NCBI GenBank assembly: GCA_050287085.1
Contig: JBNKBE010000008.1
Span: forward strand, 183,798 to 247,797
Source of the DNA: Polyangiaceae bacterium
Lineage (GTDB): Bacteria; Myxococcota_A; Polyangia; Polyangiales; Polyangiaceae
Length of the DNA stretch: 64,000 nt
Reading direction: 5' to 3'
Under the pieces are notes generated by a model. It was not told the DNA's origin. It searched no databases and saw nothing but the letters and a program-made list of their open reading frames with translations. Of the stretch, positions 41,792 through 52,475 are shown one piece after another. The number at the start of each line of letters is the position of its first letter. The first letter of the stretch is position 1. A program made the translations under genes and the position numbers.

Positions 41792-41918
41792 TGGACTGAG
41801 GGCCCGCAGAGGAGTAAGTCATCCTACGCCGGCCGCTCCTCTAGCTGTGGCGGGCGGCCTCGTCGCGCCGGTCTCGCCCGGCTCGCGACTGACTTACCCA
41901 TCCGCGGGCCCTCGGCCA
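41792..41918. repeat. Dispersed palindromic element, copy B
   Basis: Arms gagggcccgcagaggagtaagtca / tgacttacccatccgcgggccctc; shares core ccggctcgcgactg with copies A and C. Confidence 0.85.
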
Positions 41919-42005
41919 GCGCTTTGCGAACGCCGGTCCACGACGCGGCGGCCAGCGCCCAAGAGCGCTTTTTCTGAATGCGCTTCTCCGAACGCTTTCC
42001 TGGCC

Positions 42006-43640
42006 TCAGGTCCCGTCGATGCGGGGCAATTCGATCGGCGCCTCAGGGTTGTGCTCGAGCTTGCGCACGACCTTGAAGTCGTTTGCCGGATCGAGCACGA
42101 CCACGGGACCGAAGTGACTGAGCGGCTCTTGAAGTCGCTGGGCGTCTCCGGCGACGACGGCAAGGCCTGTGTTGGGCTTCGCATAGCGCGCAAACGCTTG
42201 TTCCGCTTGCTCGGCGCTGACGTCGCGCAGGGCAGCGCGATACTCGTCGTAGTAGCCGGGCTTCAAGCCCATTACGTCGAGGCGGGCTGTCATGCTCGCA
42301 AGCGACTCGACCGTTTCCATTTGCAGCAGGAATACGTCAGCGAGATAGCGAGTTGCGACTTGTTGCTCCGCTTCGCTCGGCGGATTGCTTGCAAGACGCG
42401 TGGCGTGGTCGAACAGCGCCTTGAGTGCAAGCCCAGCCTTTGCAGTCTGGGTGCCCGCCTTCAACACCAAAGGCCCCGGACCGTGAGCAACCTCGCCTAC
42501 AGAGCTATAGGTGGAGTAGGCGAGCGATTGCTGCTCGCGAACGTCCAGAAAGAGCCGACCGCTCACTCCACCCCCAAGCACCTGGTTTGCCACCTTGACG
42601 GCGGGCCAGTCTGCGCTCTTGCGCTCGGGGCCGAGGAATGCCAGCGCAACCTCCGCTTGTGGGCTGCTTGGACGATCGACGAGATACACCTCAAGGGCCT
42701 TCTTCGCCTCCGGAACCTTGCCCACAAGGCGGGGAGCGTTCCCACCCTGCCAGCTGCCAAAGTACTGTTTGGCCACTTCCTCGGCGCGTTCAGCCGTTAC
42801 GTCCCCGGCGAGCACAAGGCGCGCGTTCTTCGGGGTAAAATGTTGCTTGTACCACTGCTTCGCCTGCCACAACGTGCGTCGTTCCAGCTCGGACGGTAGT
42901 GCATCTACATGTGCGTAGGGATGCCCACCGGGTACGGCATAGAGCTCACGGTACAATACCATGTTGACCGCCCAGCCCGGGTTGCCGAGTGCTTGGCTCC
43001 TGACGCGGTCCAGTTCGCGCTGTCGCAGCTTGCGAAACTCAGTGGCATCGAAATTCGGCCGAAGGACTACCTGGCTCAGCAAGTTCAGCGCTTCGTTCAA
43101 GCGATCGCTTGTTACGGCCAGGCTCAGCGTGGTCGAGTCGCGACTGGTCAGCACATGCAGAGTCGCACCGAGACTCTCGATCTCGTCAAGTACCTTCTGG
43201 CTAGGACGACCCGCGCTGCCTCCCACCTTGAGCATCTCCCCCGCCAGAACGCTGACTCCTGGTTGCGAGCCATCCGTGGCAGTTCCCGACAGAAGGACAA
43301 GCTGGATTTCCACCAAGGGTAGGGAGGAGCGTTGGGCCAGGTCCACGCTCAGACCGTTGGTGAGCGTCTTGGATACGACCTGCGGAAAGTGCCAGTCCGG
43401 GGCGACGCCAGCAGGCGGCGGCTTCTCACGTTCGGCCTCTGGTAGCGTGACGTACTGTTCTGTCGGCGCGGCCACTTCGGCGCTCGGTTCGGGGGTGGGC
43501 ACCGCACTGGCTACGGGGACAGGTGACGGTACCTCGCTCTTCGGGCGTTCACAGCTGACGGCCGCGAGAAGGAGCAAGAGAAGGGTGGGGGCAGTCGGTG
43601 CTCGCATCGGGATCTCCATAAGGCGCTTCAATCGATTCAC
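42006..43640 (-). CDS. M16 family peptidase, non-catalytic subunit (lipoprotein)
   Basis: M16 fold motifs ('LTNGL', 'SGRLFLDVREQQSLAY') without HxxEH; lipobox 'AVSC'; start may be ATG 43607. Confidence 0.88.
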   Translation of the reverse strand: MNRLKRLMEIPMRAPTAPTLLLLLLAAVSCERPKSEVPSPVPVASAVPTPEPSAEVAAPTEQYVTLPEAEREKPPPAGVAPDWHFPQVVSKTLTNGLSVDLAQRSSLPLVEIQLVLLSGTATDGSQPGVSVLAGEMLKVGGSAGRPSQKVLDEIESLGATLHVLTSRDSTTLSLAVTSDRLNEALNLLSQVVLRPNFDATEFRKLRQRELDRVRSQALGNPGWAVNMVLYRELYAVPGGHPYAHVDALPSELERRTLWQAKQWYKQHFTPKNARLVLAGDVTAERAEEVAKQYFGSWQGGNAPRLVGKVPEAKKALEVYLVDRPSSPQAEVALAFLGPERKSADWPAVKVANQVLGGGVSGRLFLDVREQQSLAYSTYSSVGEVAHGPGPLVLKAGTQTAKAGLALKALFDHATRLASNPPSEAEQQVATRYLADVFLLQMETVESLASMTARLDVMGLKPGYYDEYRAALRDVSAEQAEQAFARYAKPNTGLAVVAGDAQRLQEPLSHFGPVVVLDPANDFKVVRKLEHNPEAPIELPRIDGT

Positions 43641-45142
43641 TGCTGCGCGGGCTGAACTACAACGGCGTGCGCGGCATCCGGAGTCAAGAACTCGCGAGCC
43701 GCAGTCTTGAGCTGCTCGGCGCTCACGCTATTGAAGTGCTGGACCTCGGTCGCCAACTCTCTAGCATCGCCAAAGAATAACTCGTATTGAGCAAGATATT
43801 GCGCCCGCGGGGTGGTGCCCTCGAGGCCAAAGACGAAGAGCGCTTGCATCTGCTGCTTGGCTTTCGCTAGCTGCTCGGGAGTCGGTCCCAACTCCGCGAT
43901 GCGCGCAATCTCCTCTTCGATAGCGGAGCGCACCGTTTCGACTTTCCCATGGTCGCTGAGCACAGCCTGAATCGCCAAGAGATCCGGACCGCGATGGTCG
44001 TAGGTCCACGCAGCGATGTTTTGCAGCTGCCCTTCCTTCTGCACCAGACGGTGATGAAGTATGGAACTGTCGCCGTAGGTCAGCAATACCAGCAGAAGCT
44101 CGAGCGCATAGTGCGCTGGCGTGCGGTGGGGGGGGATGAGATAGCCGAGGTAGAGTCCAGGCGTCCGCGCGTTCGCATCGATGTCCGTAGTCGACTGAAC
44201 AGGGCTCGGATGCACCACCGGCGGGGGTAGATACGGTGGGACCTGGGTCGGCTTCGCGTCGGAGAAGTATTCCGTGATCCAAGCGAGCGTCTTCTGTGGA
44301 TCTAGATCACCCGACACGGCCACAACCGCATTGTTGGGGGCGTAGTAGGCCGCATGAAACTCGCGAATCCAGTCCAGCTGGGCCGCGTCCAAGTCCGCCA
44401 TGGAGCCAATGGTGGGATGCGCGTAGGGCCAGTAGTCGCCGTAGCTGAGCGCCTCCAATTTGATCAGCCCCTCGGCGTAGGGAGCATTGGATATGCGCAT
44501 CCGGTACTCCTCCTGGACCACCTTGCGCTGATTCTCGAAGTTCTCTCGGGTGACGGCGAGCGACTTCATTCGGTCAGCTTCGAGCCACAGCGCGGTTTGC
44601 AGCCCGCCAGTGGGCACAATCTCGTAGTAGTTGGTGCGCTCATCCGACGTCGTCCCATTCAGCGAGCCGCCGCGGGATGCGACCCAGGTGAAATGGTCAC
44701 CTTTGGCGACGTTGCGGCTTCCCTGGAACATCATGTGCTCGAAGAGATGGGCGAAGCCACTTCGGCCTGGTTGTTCGTTGCGGGAGCCAACGTCGTAGGT
44801 CACGCAGACGGAGACGGTGGGAACGTTATGGTCTTCATTCAGCACCACGCGCAGCCCGTTGGGCAGCTGATGACGCGTAACTGCGAGCCGCAGAGAAGGG
44901 GCTTCTGCCTGCTGCGCTACTGCGGGAGCTGCTTGCGACGTCGGGGCAGGCGCAAGCGACGCCTCGCTGGCACCCGCATTCGCTGGCAGCGTTGTGGGGA
45001 GAAGCGTGCCCAGCAATGTGGCACCAAGTAGGGACCGTCGGGCCGATGACATGAGCTGAGCCATAACATGCGCCCGCGAAACCGCAACCCGAGAGCCACT
45101 CCGGGGCGGGGCGACAGGCTTGTTCAGCTGCCGACCGAACAC
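43637..45142 (-). CDS. M16 family zinc peptidase, catalytic subunit
   Basis: 'GFAHLFEHMMFQGS' (HxxEH), 'LEADRM', 'VVQEE', 'YAPNNA'. Confidence 0.93.
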   Translation of the reverse strand: MFGRQLNKPVAPPRSGSRVAVSRAHVMAQLMSSARRSLLGATLLGTLLPTTLPANAGASEASLAPAPTSQAAPAVAQQAEAPSLRLAVTRHQLPNGLRVVLNEDHNVPTVSVCVTYDVGSRNEQPGRSGFAHLFEHMMFQGSRNVAKGDHFTWVASRGGSLNGTTSDERTNYYEIVPTGGLQTALWLEADRMKSLAVTRENFENQRKVVQEEYRMRISNAPYAEGLIKLEALSYGDYWPYAHPTIGSMADLDAAQLDWIREFHAAYYAPNNAVVAVSGDLDPQKTLAWITEYFSDAKPTQVPPYLPPPVVHPSPVQSTTDIDANARTPGLYLGYLIPPHRTPAHYALELLLVLLTYGDSSILHHRLVQKEGQLQNIAAWTYDHRGPDLLAIQAVLSDHGKVETVRSAIEEEIARIAELGPTPEQLAKAKQQMQALFVFGLEGTTPRAQYLAQYELFFGDARELATEVQHFNSVSAEQLKTAAREFLTPDAAHAVVVQPAQQ

Positions 45143-45203
45143 CTGCCCGAACCATAGGGCCAGCGGATGCCGCTTCTGCTTGCGCCCAGCCTGCGCCCCA
45201 CGT

Positions 45204-46346
45204 TCAGCGCTGCAGCAGCTGACGGGCGATCACCAGTCGCTGAATCTGGCTGGTCCCTTCATAGATCTGTAAGAGCTTGGCGTCCCGCAGCAGCTTTTCT
45301 ACCGGGTAGTCGCGTACGTAGCCGTTGCCCCCAAAGATCTGAACGGCGTCTATTGCCACCTGCATCGCGCAGTCTGCTCCGTAGGCCTTGGCGATGGCGG
45401 AATCCAGGGGATCCGCAGCGCCCTGATCGAGTTGCCACGCGGCCCGCTGATACAATAGTCGAGTGCTTTGCGTGCGGATAGCCATGTCCGCAAGCATGCC
45501 TTGCACGAGCTGGTGCTCCGCGATGGGCACGCCAAAGGTCTTGCGCTCTTTTGCGTAGGCTATTGACTCATCGAGGCCGCGTTGCATCAAGCCGGTCGCC
45601 ATCGCCGCGATATCCGGGCGCGTCTGATTGAACGTGGCCATCGCGAGCTTGAAGCCGTGGCCCGCCGGGGCGAGTAGATTTTTTTTCGGAACCACCACGT
45701 CTTCGAGAAAGACGGAGGCAGTGTCCGAAGCGCGTTGTCCAAGTTTGTCTTCGTGGGGCCCGACCCTCAACCCAGGGCTATCCCGCTCGACGATGAAGGC
45801 GGCGATTCCTCGATGCCGCGCCGCGGGATCCTCGGTCGCAAAAACGACATAGAAGTTGGCGTGATTGGCATTGGTGATCCAGCACTTTTCTCCCCGCAGA
45901 ACAAAGTCGTCCCCGCGCCTTTCGAAGCGGGTCTGCAATGCCGCGACGTCGCTGCCTGCCCCGGGTTCGGTGGTGCAGTAGCTGCAGAGCAGTGGCTCCT
46001 GCGCTAGCCGGCCAAGGTACTCACGCTTCTGTTCTTCGCTTCCGGCGAGCTTGATCGGAGTGAAGGCCAAGGTATTGGCCATCAAGCTGCATTGGATCCC
46101 GGTGCAGCCGAAGGAGAGTTCCTCTCCGATCAGAGCTCCGTCGAGGTGACTGAGACCCGCGCCGCCATAGCTTTCGGGAAGCGTGGGATTGACGAGCCCG
46201 AGCTCCCACGCCTGCCGCATCACGTCGAGGGGAAAACGAGCCTCCCGATCACAACTGGCGGCGATGGGTACTATGACCTCGCGCGCGAAGCGCCGTGCCT
46301 CAGCTTTGAGTGCGCTCTGTTCTTCCGAGTAGTCGAAGTTCAGCAT
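45204..46346 (-). CDS. Acyl-CoA dehydrogenase
   Basis: 'TEPGAGSD', 'GEKCWITN', 'KLGQRASDT', 'QIFGGNGY', 'IYEGTSQIQ'. Confidence 0.96.
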   Translation of the reverse strand: MLNFDYSEEQSALKAEARRFAREVIVPIAASCDREARFPLDVMRQAWELGLVNPTLPESYGGAGLSHLDGALIGEELSFGCTGIQCSLMANTLAFTPIKLAGSEEQKREYLGRLAQEPLLCSYCTTEPGAGSDVAALQTRFERRGDDFVLRGEKCWITNANHANFYVVFATEDPAARHRGIAAFIVERDSPGLRVGPHEDKLGQRASDTASVFLEDVVVPKKNLLAPAGHGFKLAMATFNQTRPDIAAMATGLMQRGLDESIAYAKERKTFGVPIAEHQLVQGMLADMAIRTQSTRLLYQRAAWQLDQGAADPLDSAIAKAYGADCAMQVAIDAVQIFGGNGYVRDYPVEKLLRDAKLLQIYEGTSQIQRLVIARQLLQR

Positions 46347-46498
46347 GGATCTCCGTTTGTGGGGCTTCTGGGGCCGCAGGGGCCAATCAGGCTAGCACAA
46401 GGACACGTGAGAGTCCGCGCGCCGCTGAGGGAGCAGGACGCCGTTCGAGCTCGAAGGGCGGCGTCGCTCGGGGGACGCGGGAGCCGCGCCCCGGAAAG

Positions 46499-47443
46499 CT
46501 AGCTCGCTTCGGAGCAGACCTCTGACTCTTCGCGTGGCCCTGCGCGCCTAGGTGAAGCGCCGAATGGCGCAGTTCGCTCCGCTTCGCCCACCCGTCGAAG
46601 GGCCAGCTCGCAGGCGAGCGGGTTGAGGTCGCAGCCGCTGACCCTGCGCCCAAGCCGGGCGGCGACCGCGACGGTGGTGCCAGAGCCACACATCGGATCG
46701 AGGACCGCGTCGCCGGGATGGGTGGCGCCCCGTATGATCCGCTCCAAGAGTCGCTCGGGCTTCTGCGTCGGGTAGCCCGTCGTTTCGTGTCGCAGCGGCG
46801 TGTTGGCGGTCATGGCGGGACAGTCGCTCCACACACTGCCAATGCTCCGCCCCTCATCGGCGTAGTAGCGATACGCCTTGCCGTTGATGCGGCGCTCTCG
46901 GTAGCGTCGCCCTTGCGAATCCGTATGCGTGAAGTGCATGCGCTGGCTCGTTTCCGCGTAGGCTTCGCGCAGCATCGGGTCGGTCCCGTTCCAGGTCATG
47001 CGTTCACCTCGACGGTAGATGAGAATCGTCTGATGCGTTGTGCTGGGACCTGCACGGCGCTTTCCGCCGTTGCCTGGAACCCAGATCACCTCGCCCTCGA
47101 ATTGACGCCGTCCCAGGATGTCATCGAGCATGACCTTGACGTCATGCACCGCCCGGTGATCGAGGTGCACCCACAGCGATCCGGTGGCATCCAGCGCTTC
47201 GCTCAGGACCTGGAGTCGAGGTCGAAGCATGTCCAAGAATTGGTCCAGCCCCCCCCAGAAGTCTTCGTAGGCTCGCACTCCAGCTGAGCGGGCGCCCTCC
47301 TTGATACGGGCGCGCCGGACGCCTCCCGCGTTGAAGGGTGGGTCGACGTAGATCAACTTGAACGGTCCCGCCTCAGAGCGAAGCTGGGGAACCAGTTCGA
47401 GGCAATCACCCTGACGAATACGCGGAACTGAGCTCGGACGCAT
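46499..47443 (-). CDS. Site-specific DNA methyltransferase (N6-A/N4-C, beta class), orphan
   Basis: Motif IV 'YVDPPFN', 'YPTQKP', motif I 'VLDPMCGSGTT'. Confidence 0.9.
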   Translation of the reverse strand: MRPSSVPRIRQGDCLELVPQLRSEAGPFKLIYVDPPFNAGGVRRARIKEGARSAGVRAYEDFWGGLDQFLDMLRPRLQVLSEALDATGSLWVHLDHRAVHDVKVMLDDILGRRQFEGEVIWVPGNGGKRRAGPSTTHQTILIYRRGERMTWNGTDPMLREAYAETSQRMHFTHTDSQGRRYRERRINGKAYRYYADEGRSIGSVWSDCPAMTANTPLRHETTGYPTQKPERLLERIIRGATHPGDAVLDPMCGSGTTVAVAARLGRRVSGCDLNPLACELALRRVGEAERTAPFGASPRRAGPREESEVCSEAS

Positions 47444-48266
47444 CTTCCCCTCCTACGAGGAGCGGGTCGTCCTGGGCAATTTCTTGCAGATCCGCGTCGC
47501 TCAGATGCAGCGCGGGGAGGGGGGTGAGCCAGGGCCAATGAGGCCCTCCGCCTTCGCATCCGCTCAGAGCCGTTTCCGGAGTACATGCGATGCGCAGATG
47601 AATGTGGTCGTCGTGAGGCAGGCTGTCTCCGGGCTGCAGAAGAACCGTTTCTGCTCGCCAGATCAGAGCGTCGGGCTCGCCCCTCGCCCGAGCGTAGTCG
47701 ATGAGCAGAGCTTCGACAGGCGTGGAGCAGAACAACCACTGGATGTCGACCTGATCGGATTTCAGAAAAGCCTTCAAGACCGCCCATTGCCGCGGCAGAT
47801 CGAGCGCGTAGTAGCGCCCGCTGTACGGATCCCACGTCAGACCGTCTTCTCCCACGTGCAGGAAGCCTCGCGTGCGAATTGGGCGTCCGTCGAGGCTGCG
47901 CAAGAACCACAACAGGTCGACGTCGCGTCCGCTGCGATGGGAGTTGTGGCGCGGCACTTTGCCCCCTTCGCGGGCCGAAAGGTCCCCTATCATCAGCGGC
48001 TCTCCTCCGGGCCATTCTCGCCTGACGGCGTCGGCGGCTTGGCCGATGGCGGCCACCAGCGCCGGCTGTCCCCAATACGCACTTCCGACCGGCCTGAATC
48101 GCTCAAAAGACGCAGTCTCTCGGGGCAGTTCTACGGCGTCTGTTTGAACCCCAAGATGAGGCATCCCAACGGAGCCGCGAAAGCCGGGGGTGAGTGGTGA
48201 TGGTGTATTGGTGCAGGCGACGAGTGCCCCCGCGCCCAGGGAGGCGAAGATCGGTTGCAGCCTCAC
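47406..48266 (-). CDS. Penicillin-insensitive murein endopeptidase (MepA/M74-like), lipoprotein
   Basis: 'IGDLS..EGG', 'HNSHRSGRDVD', 'HDDHIHLR'; lipobox 'LVAC'. Confidence 0.85.
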   Translation of the reverse strand: MRLQPIFASLGAGALVACTNTPSPLTPGFRGSVGMPHLGVQTDAVELPRETASFERFRPVGSAYWGQPALVAAIGQAADAVRREWPGGEPLMIGDLSAREGGKVPRHNSHRSGRDVDLLWFLRSLDGRPIRTRGFLHVGEDGLTWDPYSGRYYALDLPRQWAVLKAFLKSDQVDIQWLFCSTPVEALLIDYARARGEPDALIWRAETVLLQPGDSLPHDDHIHLRIACTPETALSGCEGGGPHWPWLTPLPALHLSDADLQEIAQDDPLLVGGEDASELSSAYSSG

Positions 48267-48268
48267 GG

Positions 48269-50824
48269 CTAGATGATCTCCGACTCGGCTAGCGCGGCCT
48301 GAAGCTCGGCTCGCAGAAGTCCGCCTCGTTCATCCGTCAGTGCCCCATCGGGAACTACGTAGCTTCCCTTCTCCAGCCGGATGAGGCCCAGCCCTTGAAA
48401 TGCGAGCAATGCATTCTGGGCCAGCGCTTTGGTAACCGCCTCGGGACGCTCCAATTCACCGGAGCCGAGCATTCGGCGACCGAGTGCCATGATCTCTTTG
48501 GCCGCATCCTTCTCCGCAGGTGCTGTCTCCTCGAAGCGAGATAGGGCGAGCAGTGCGACCCAATAGGCTTCGACAAAGTTCTTGACGGACGAACGCAGTA
48601 GACGCACCCAGCGTGAAGCAGCCCAGCCATCCGCACCCTCGCCCAAAGATAGGGTGCCGTCGGGCGCTCGCCGCAAGATGTTGTAGTCTTGAAGTCGCTG
48701 CAGCGCCTTGAAGGCGGTGTCGCTCGGATCACTACCGAGACGAAACTCGTGGCGGAAGAGCTGAAACCAGCGGAGCGCCGTGGCCAATACTTCGGTCTCT
48801 TGACTCGTACACTCCGGATCGCGGGGGAGCGCGAGTGCGAGCAGCGCTTCAGGGGCAAGAAAGTGCAGGAGCATGTTCTTTGAGGTGTCGAGCTCCAGGC
48901 GCTTGGCGGGTGCCACAGAATAACGACGATCCAGCTCTATGGGCGAGCCCAGTGCCGGACGACGCGAGCTCTCTACGTGCAACATGCCGGCGGCGACGAA
49001 CATCTCCGCGGCTTCGCGAAGCGCCTCAGGCCGAAGCCTACGCTGAGCGTCCACGAGAGCCGGACTGGTGCGTACGCCACGCTGGGCTAGCAGCCAGTAA
49101 AGCCTCGCGCTGAGCGTTTCGAGTTGAGTCTGGGTGAGGGCACTGCGGGAGTGGCTGAGCACAGCAAGTGCAGTGAGAGCGCCGGGCGTAGCGGACGTCA
49201 CTCGGTTGATCTCGTCCATGACGCGATCGGCCAGGGCGCGAACCACCGTTCGCTGTCGCTTGGGAGTCAGCGAGCCCGAGTAACCGAGCTCAGCGGCGAT
49301 CCCCGTGACGGTTTGGGGCTCGCCGAACTGCAGGTTCATTCGCCCGTATCGATGCCGCAGGATTCGGGTTGCGCCAATCAGCCCGGAAGCGTCCTCTTGA
49401 ACCTTCTCTCCGCCGGACAACTCCCGTTGATGGGCGGCGGTTTCGATGATGCGTTCATACCCGATGCTGATGGGCACGAAGTAGACAGGGCGCTCGGGCG
49501 TATCAAGGGTGGCATTGACGACCATGCTGAGCAGTCCCAGCTTCGGTTCCAAGAGCTTCCCGGTTCGGCTGCGGCCTCCTTCCAGGAATACCTCGATGGC
49601 GTAGCCTCGTTGGAGCAGGTGTTTGACGTAGGCGTCCACCACAGCGGCGTAGAGCTTATCGCCCTTGAAGCTTCGCCGAATGAAGAATGCGCCCGCATGA
49701 CGAGCGATGGGGGCCACCGGAAAGAAGGAAAAATTGTCCCCGGCAACGATCAATGGCATCGGCAGGTGGGACGCGTAGAAGGCGTAAGATACGACCAGAA
49801 AGTCGATGTAGCTCTTGTGGCTCGGCAGCAGGATCAGCGTCCCATCGCGCGCCAGTTCCCGAAGCCGCTCGATCCCCTCATGATCGACGTCGAGCCCGGC
49901 GTAGATGCGCTGAAAGAGGCGCGACAGCAGGACGTCCAGGAGTTTGTGGGAAGCCCCGTCCGGCAGGGCCTGCATAGCGGCGAGCATCTGGTCTGCCGCT
50001 TTGCGTGCGGCAGACCGTTCATCTCGTGTGGCGGTGAGCTTGTCTAGCTGCGCGTTGAAGGCAGGGCTGCCGAGAATCTCATGCCGCACCCGCTCTGGAG
50101 GCTTTCCCGGGGGGCCGAGTATGCTTCGCCGTTCCCGCTCAAGCCGGCGCAGGAGCGTATAGACGAGACGGCGACGGAGCGCTTCGTCTCCCGTGGCGTT
50201 TACCGAGCCCAGAAACTGCCGGAAGTTGATCGGCTGTCCCAACCTGACGGCGACCTTCTCGCGGTTGGCCAGTAACTGCCCCACTGCGCGAAGCGTGGAG
50301 GGCCAGTGTCGCGGGCCAAACCAGAAGTCAACGGTGCCCACCCCGAGGGTGTCCGGGCGCTTGCTCCAAACAAAGACGATGGGAACCAGATGGATGGTGC
50401 GGGGGGAATGTCGCTGGTAGCGGACCAGGGCTGCAGTCTGTGCCGCCCCCTCACGCAGCTCCTGGCCACGGGGGCGCCCCCACGCGGGGGGCTTCTTGAG
50501 AAACAGTGCCGCGGCGGTATCGTCTTGTCCGAGCACTTCACCCAGGCGTTGCTCAGCTGGGGACTGCGACCCGCGGCTGCCGCGGACCGGCCAGCGCCCG
50601 AGTTGATCGACGAACTCCACCTTGGGCAGTTCGTAGCGCCGCACCAGGGCTTGGAGTGCGCGGCCGTCGAGACGGTTGCGATTGCGCAGCACGAATACGA
50701 CCGGTCCCAGCAAAGACAGGCTCCGAAGCAACTGCACCGACTGCGCGTCCAGCTCCAAACCGGAGAAGACGCGGTCGACGAGATGGGTGGACTTGGGCGA
50801 GGGGGCTTCGGGATCCGAGGACAT
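48269..50824 (-). CDS. plsB: Glycerol-3-phosphate acyltransferase (PlsB-like)
   Basis: 'PSHKSYIDF' (HxxxxD), 'GAFFIRRSF', 'FLEGGRSRTGK', 'VPISIGYE'. Confidence 0.88.
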   Translation of the reverse strand: MSSDPEAPSPKSTHLVDRVFSGLELDAQSVQLLRSLSLLGPVVFVLRNRNRLDGRALQALVRRYELPKVEFVDQLGRWPVRGSRGSQSPAEQRLGEVLGQDDTAAALFLKKPPAWGRPRGQELREGAAQTAALVRYQRHSPRTIHLVPIVFVWSKRPDTLGVGTVDFWFGPRHWPSTLRAVGQLLANREKVAVRLGQPINFRQFLGSVNATGDEALRRRLVYTLLRRLERERRSILGPPGKPPERVRHEILGSPAFNAQLDKLTATRDERSAARKAADQMLAAMQALPDGASHKLLDVLLSRLFQRIYAGLDVDHEGIERLRELARDGTLILLPSHKSYIDFLVVSYAFYASHLPMPLIVAGDNFSFFPVAPIARHAGAFFIRRSFKGDKLYAAVVDAYVKHLLQRGYAIEVFLEGGRSRTGKLLEPKLGLLSMVVNATLDTPERPVYFVPISIGYERIIETAAHQRELSGGEKVQEDASGLIGATRILRHRYGRMNLQFGEPQTVTGIAAELGYSGSLTPKRQRTVVRALADRVMDEINRVTSATPGALTALAVLSHSRSALTQTQLETLSARLYWLLAQRGVRTSPALVDAQRRLRPEALREAAEMFVAAGMLHVESSRRPALGSPIELDRRYSVAPAKRLELDTSKNMLLHFLAPEALLALALPRDPECTSQETEVLATALRWFQLFRHEFRLGSDPSDTAFKALQRLQDYNILRRAPDGTLSLGEGADGWAASRWVRLLRSSVKNFVEAYWVALLALSRFEETAPAEKDAAKEIMALGRRMLGSGELERPEAVTKALAQNALLAFQGLGLIRLEKGSYVVPDGALTDERGGLLRAELQAALAESEII

Positions 50825-50870
50825 GCGAGGTGCCGTTCGTTAACACAAATCCACGCAAATCCAGTACACG

Positions 50871-52163
50871 TTGGCCGTGCTTTGCCGCGTGCTGATCTTG
50901 ACTCTGCTACTTGGGGCCCAAGGGTGCCGCTGCGAAGCAGATTCGGCTAGAAAACCTGCCTCGAGCGCGTCATCCAAGACTCGTACGCAGCGTCGGTGTG
51001 AGCCCGCATCGGGCTTCGGCGAGATAACACTCCAGCCCTTGGGTCCGGATGCGGACGACGAGTCGGAACCCGGGGTCGAACGGGCCTTTGCTGTTGAGCT
51101 GGGGCGCGTCGTCCGCTCCGCGGACGGCCACTTGTGGGTGCCATTTCTGCGCACGGACGGCTCGGTGTCCAGGGCCGCGGTTCTGCGTCTCAGCGAGGAG
51201 GGGCGTGGTGAGGAGCTAGACCTCGGGCAGGTGGTGGGCGCCAGTGGGCCCCCTCGGCTCGCGGCAGGGCCCGGGGGCGTTGCCATCGCGCTGGAGGAAG
51301 GGGACGCAAGCGGCGGTAGCTATCGCGTGGGGCAGCTGCTCCCGAAGGGGGAGCCCAACGTGCACTGGCTTGCCGACGTCGACGCAGACAACGATGACTC
51401 GAGGGCGTTTGATCTCGCCGCGGGGCCGGGGGGGCAGCTCCTCCTGGTTCACGACGCTTGGTCGCGCGACTTGAAGCGCAGCGAGGTTTGGCTCGACGTG
51501 GTGGGCCAGAACGGGGAGACCTTGCGACACACTCGGGTATCGGAAGAGCTCGACGCCGAGGGACCGTTGCTTGCGGCGCATGGGGGCGGCTTGTGGCTCG
51601 CCTTTGCCGCACTACAACCCGAGGACGGGGGGCTTCGGAGAACCCTTCTGATCCGGCCACTGGATTCTGGGGGCGTGCCGACGGCGCGCGCGCTTTCGGT
51701 GCCGACGCGAGATTCAGTTCGAAGCTTTGATCTTGCCCCCAGCCACGAGGGGGGCGTGCTGCTCGGGTTACGCACGGACGCCAGGGGTTTGGGGGGCGAG
51801 GGCGGCGCGCTGCAACTGCGGCGCGTCGGACCTGACGGTTCCGTCGTTGATATTCCGGTCGATGAAGGAGGCCAAGCCACCTCCACCCTCGGCTTGTTCT
51901 TCGACCCGAGACCTCAGGGCGGAGCTCCCCACGGCTGGCTCGCCGTGGAGGGGGCGCGGGGCGCCACGCTGCTAGCCGCCCTGGCTCCTGGTGGGGCCCC
52001 ATTGGAGGCCTTCAGCGGCGACCCAGTGCTGGGCAGCGCTGCCGTACTGCTGGCGGACGCGGGCCACCTGCTGATCGCGACGCAGCGCGGGCGCACCGTC
52101 GTGCTGGGCCGTTTGCAGTGTGTAGACCGCGCGCTGCCCCTCACAGCCGCGGACGCGGGCTAG
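50871..52163 (+). CDS. Hypothetical lipoprotein, beta-rich (possibly propeller)
   Basis: Signal/lipobox 'LLLGAQGC'; repeated 'PxLAA.PGG-hydrophobic' modules. Confidence 0.7.
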   Translation: MAVLCRVLILTLLLGAQGCRCEADSARKPASSASSKTRTQRRCEPASGFGEITLQPLGPDADDESEPGVERAFAVELGRVVRSADGHLWVPFLRTDGSVSRAAVLRLSEEGRGEELDLGQVVGASGPPRLAAGPGGVAIALEEGDASGGSYRVGQLLPKGEPNVHWLADVDADNDDSRAFDLAAGPGGQLLLVHDAWSRDLKRSEVWLDVVGQNGETLRHTRVSEELDAEGPLLAAHGGGLWLAFAALQPEDGGLRRTLLIRPLDSGGVPTARALSVPTRDSVRSFDLAPSHEGGVLLGLRTDARGLGGEGGALQLRRVGPDGSVVDIPVDEGGQATSTLGLFFDPRPQGGAPHGWLAVEGARGATLLAALAPGGAPLEAFSGDPVLGSAAVLLADAGHLLIATQRGRTVVLGRLQCVDRALPLTAADAG

Positions 52164-52369
52164 CGAGACACTCGCCCGGCGAGAGCTCGCTCAGACGCAG
52201 CGAAAGCCCGACGCGAGGTCGATCGGCCACGGTCACCGTTGTCTAGGCACGGACCCTTCAGTCGGAGGCGGAATGCGTCCTGGGCTGAAGTGCCGCTCTG
52301 GACGAAACAGGCTACCTGCGACCGTGTGACAGATAAAAATGCGCCTCGGCAGAAAAGACGCTTCGACTC

Positions 52370-52475
52370 AAAATAAGTGCACAGGGACCAATCGGGGAGG
52401 GGAGGGAGGTTGGCCCCTGTGCGAACCGTCCGACGCGCGCTGAGGGCGCGTTTCATCGTGTGAACACCTTGGCTC
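52370..52475 (-). ncRNA. Candidate small RNA with C-rich anti-SD loop and intrinsic terminator
   Basis: Minus-strand 13-bp stem GCACAGGGGCCAA/UUGGUCCCUGUGC (one G.U), loop CCUCCCUCCCCUCCCCGA, tail ACUUAUUUU; AT-rich upstream region; 5' end is an estimate. Confidence 0.5.
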
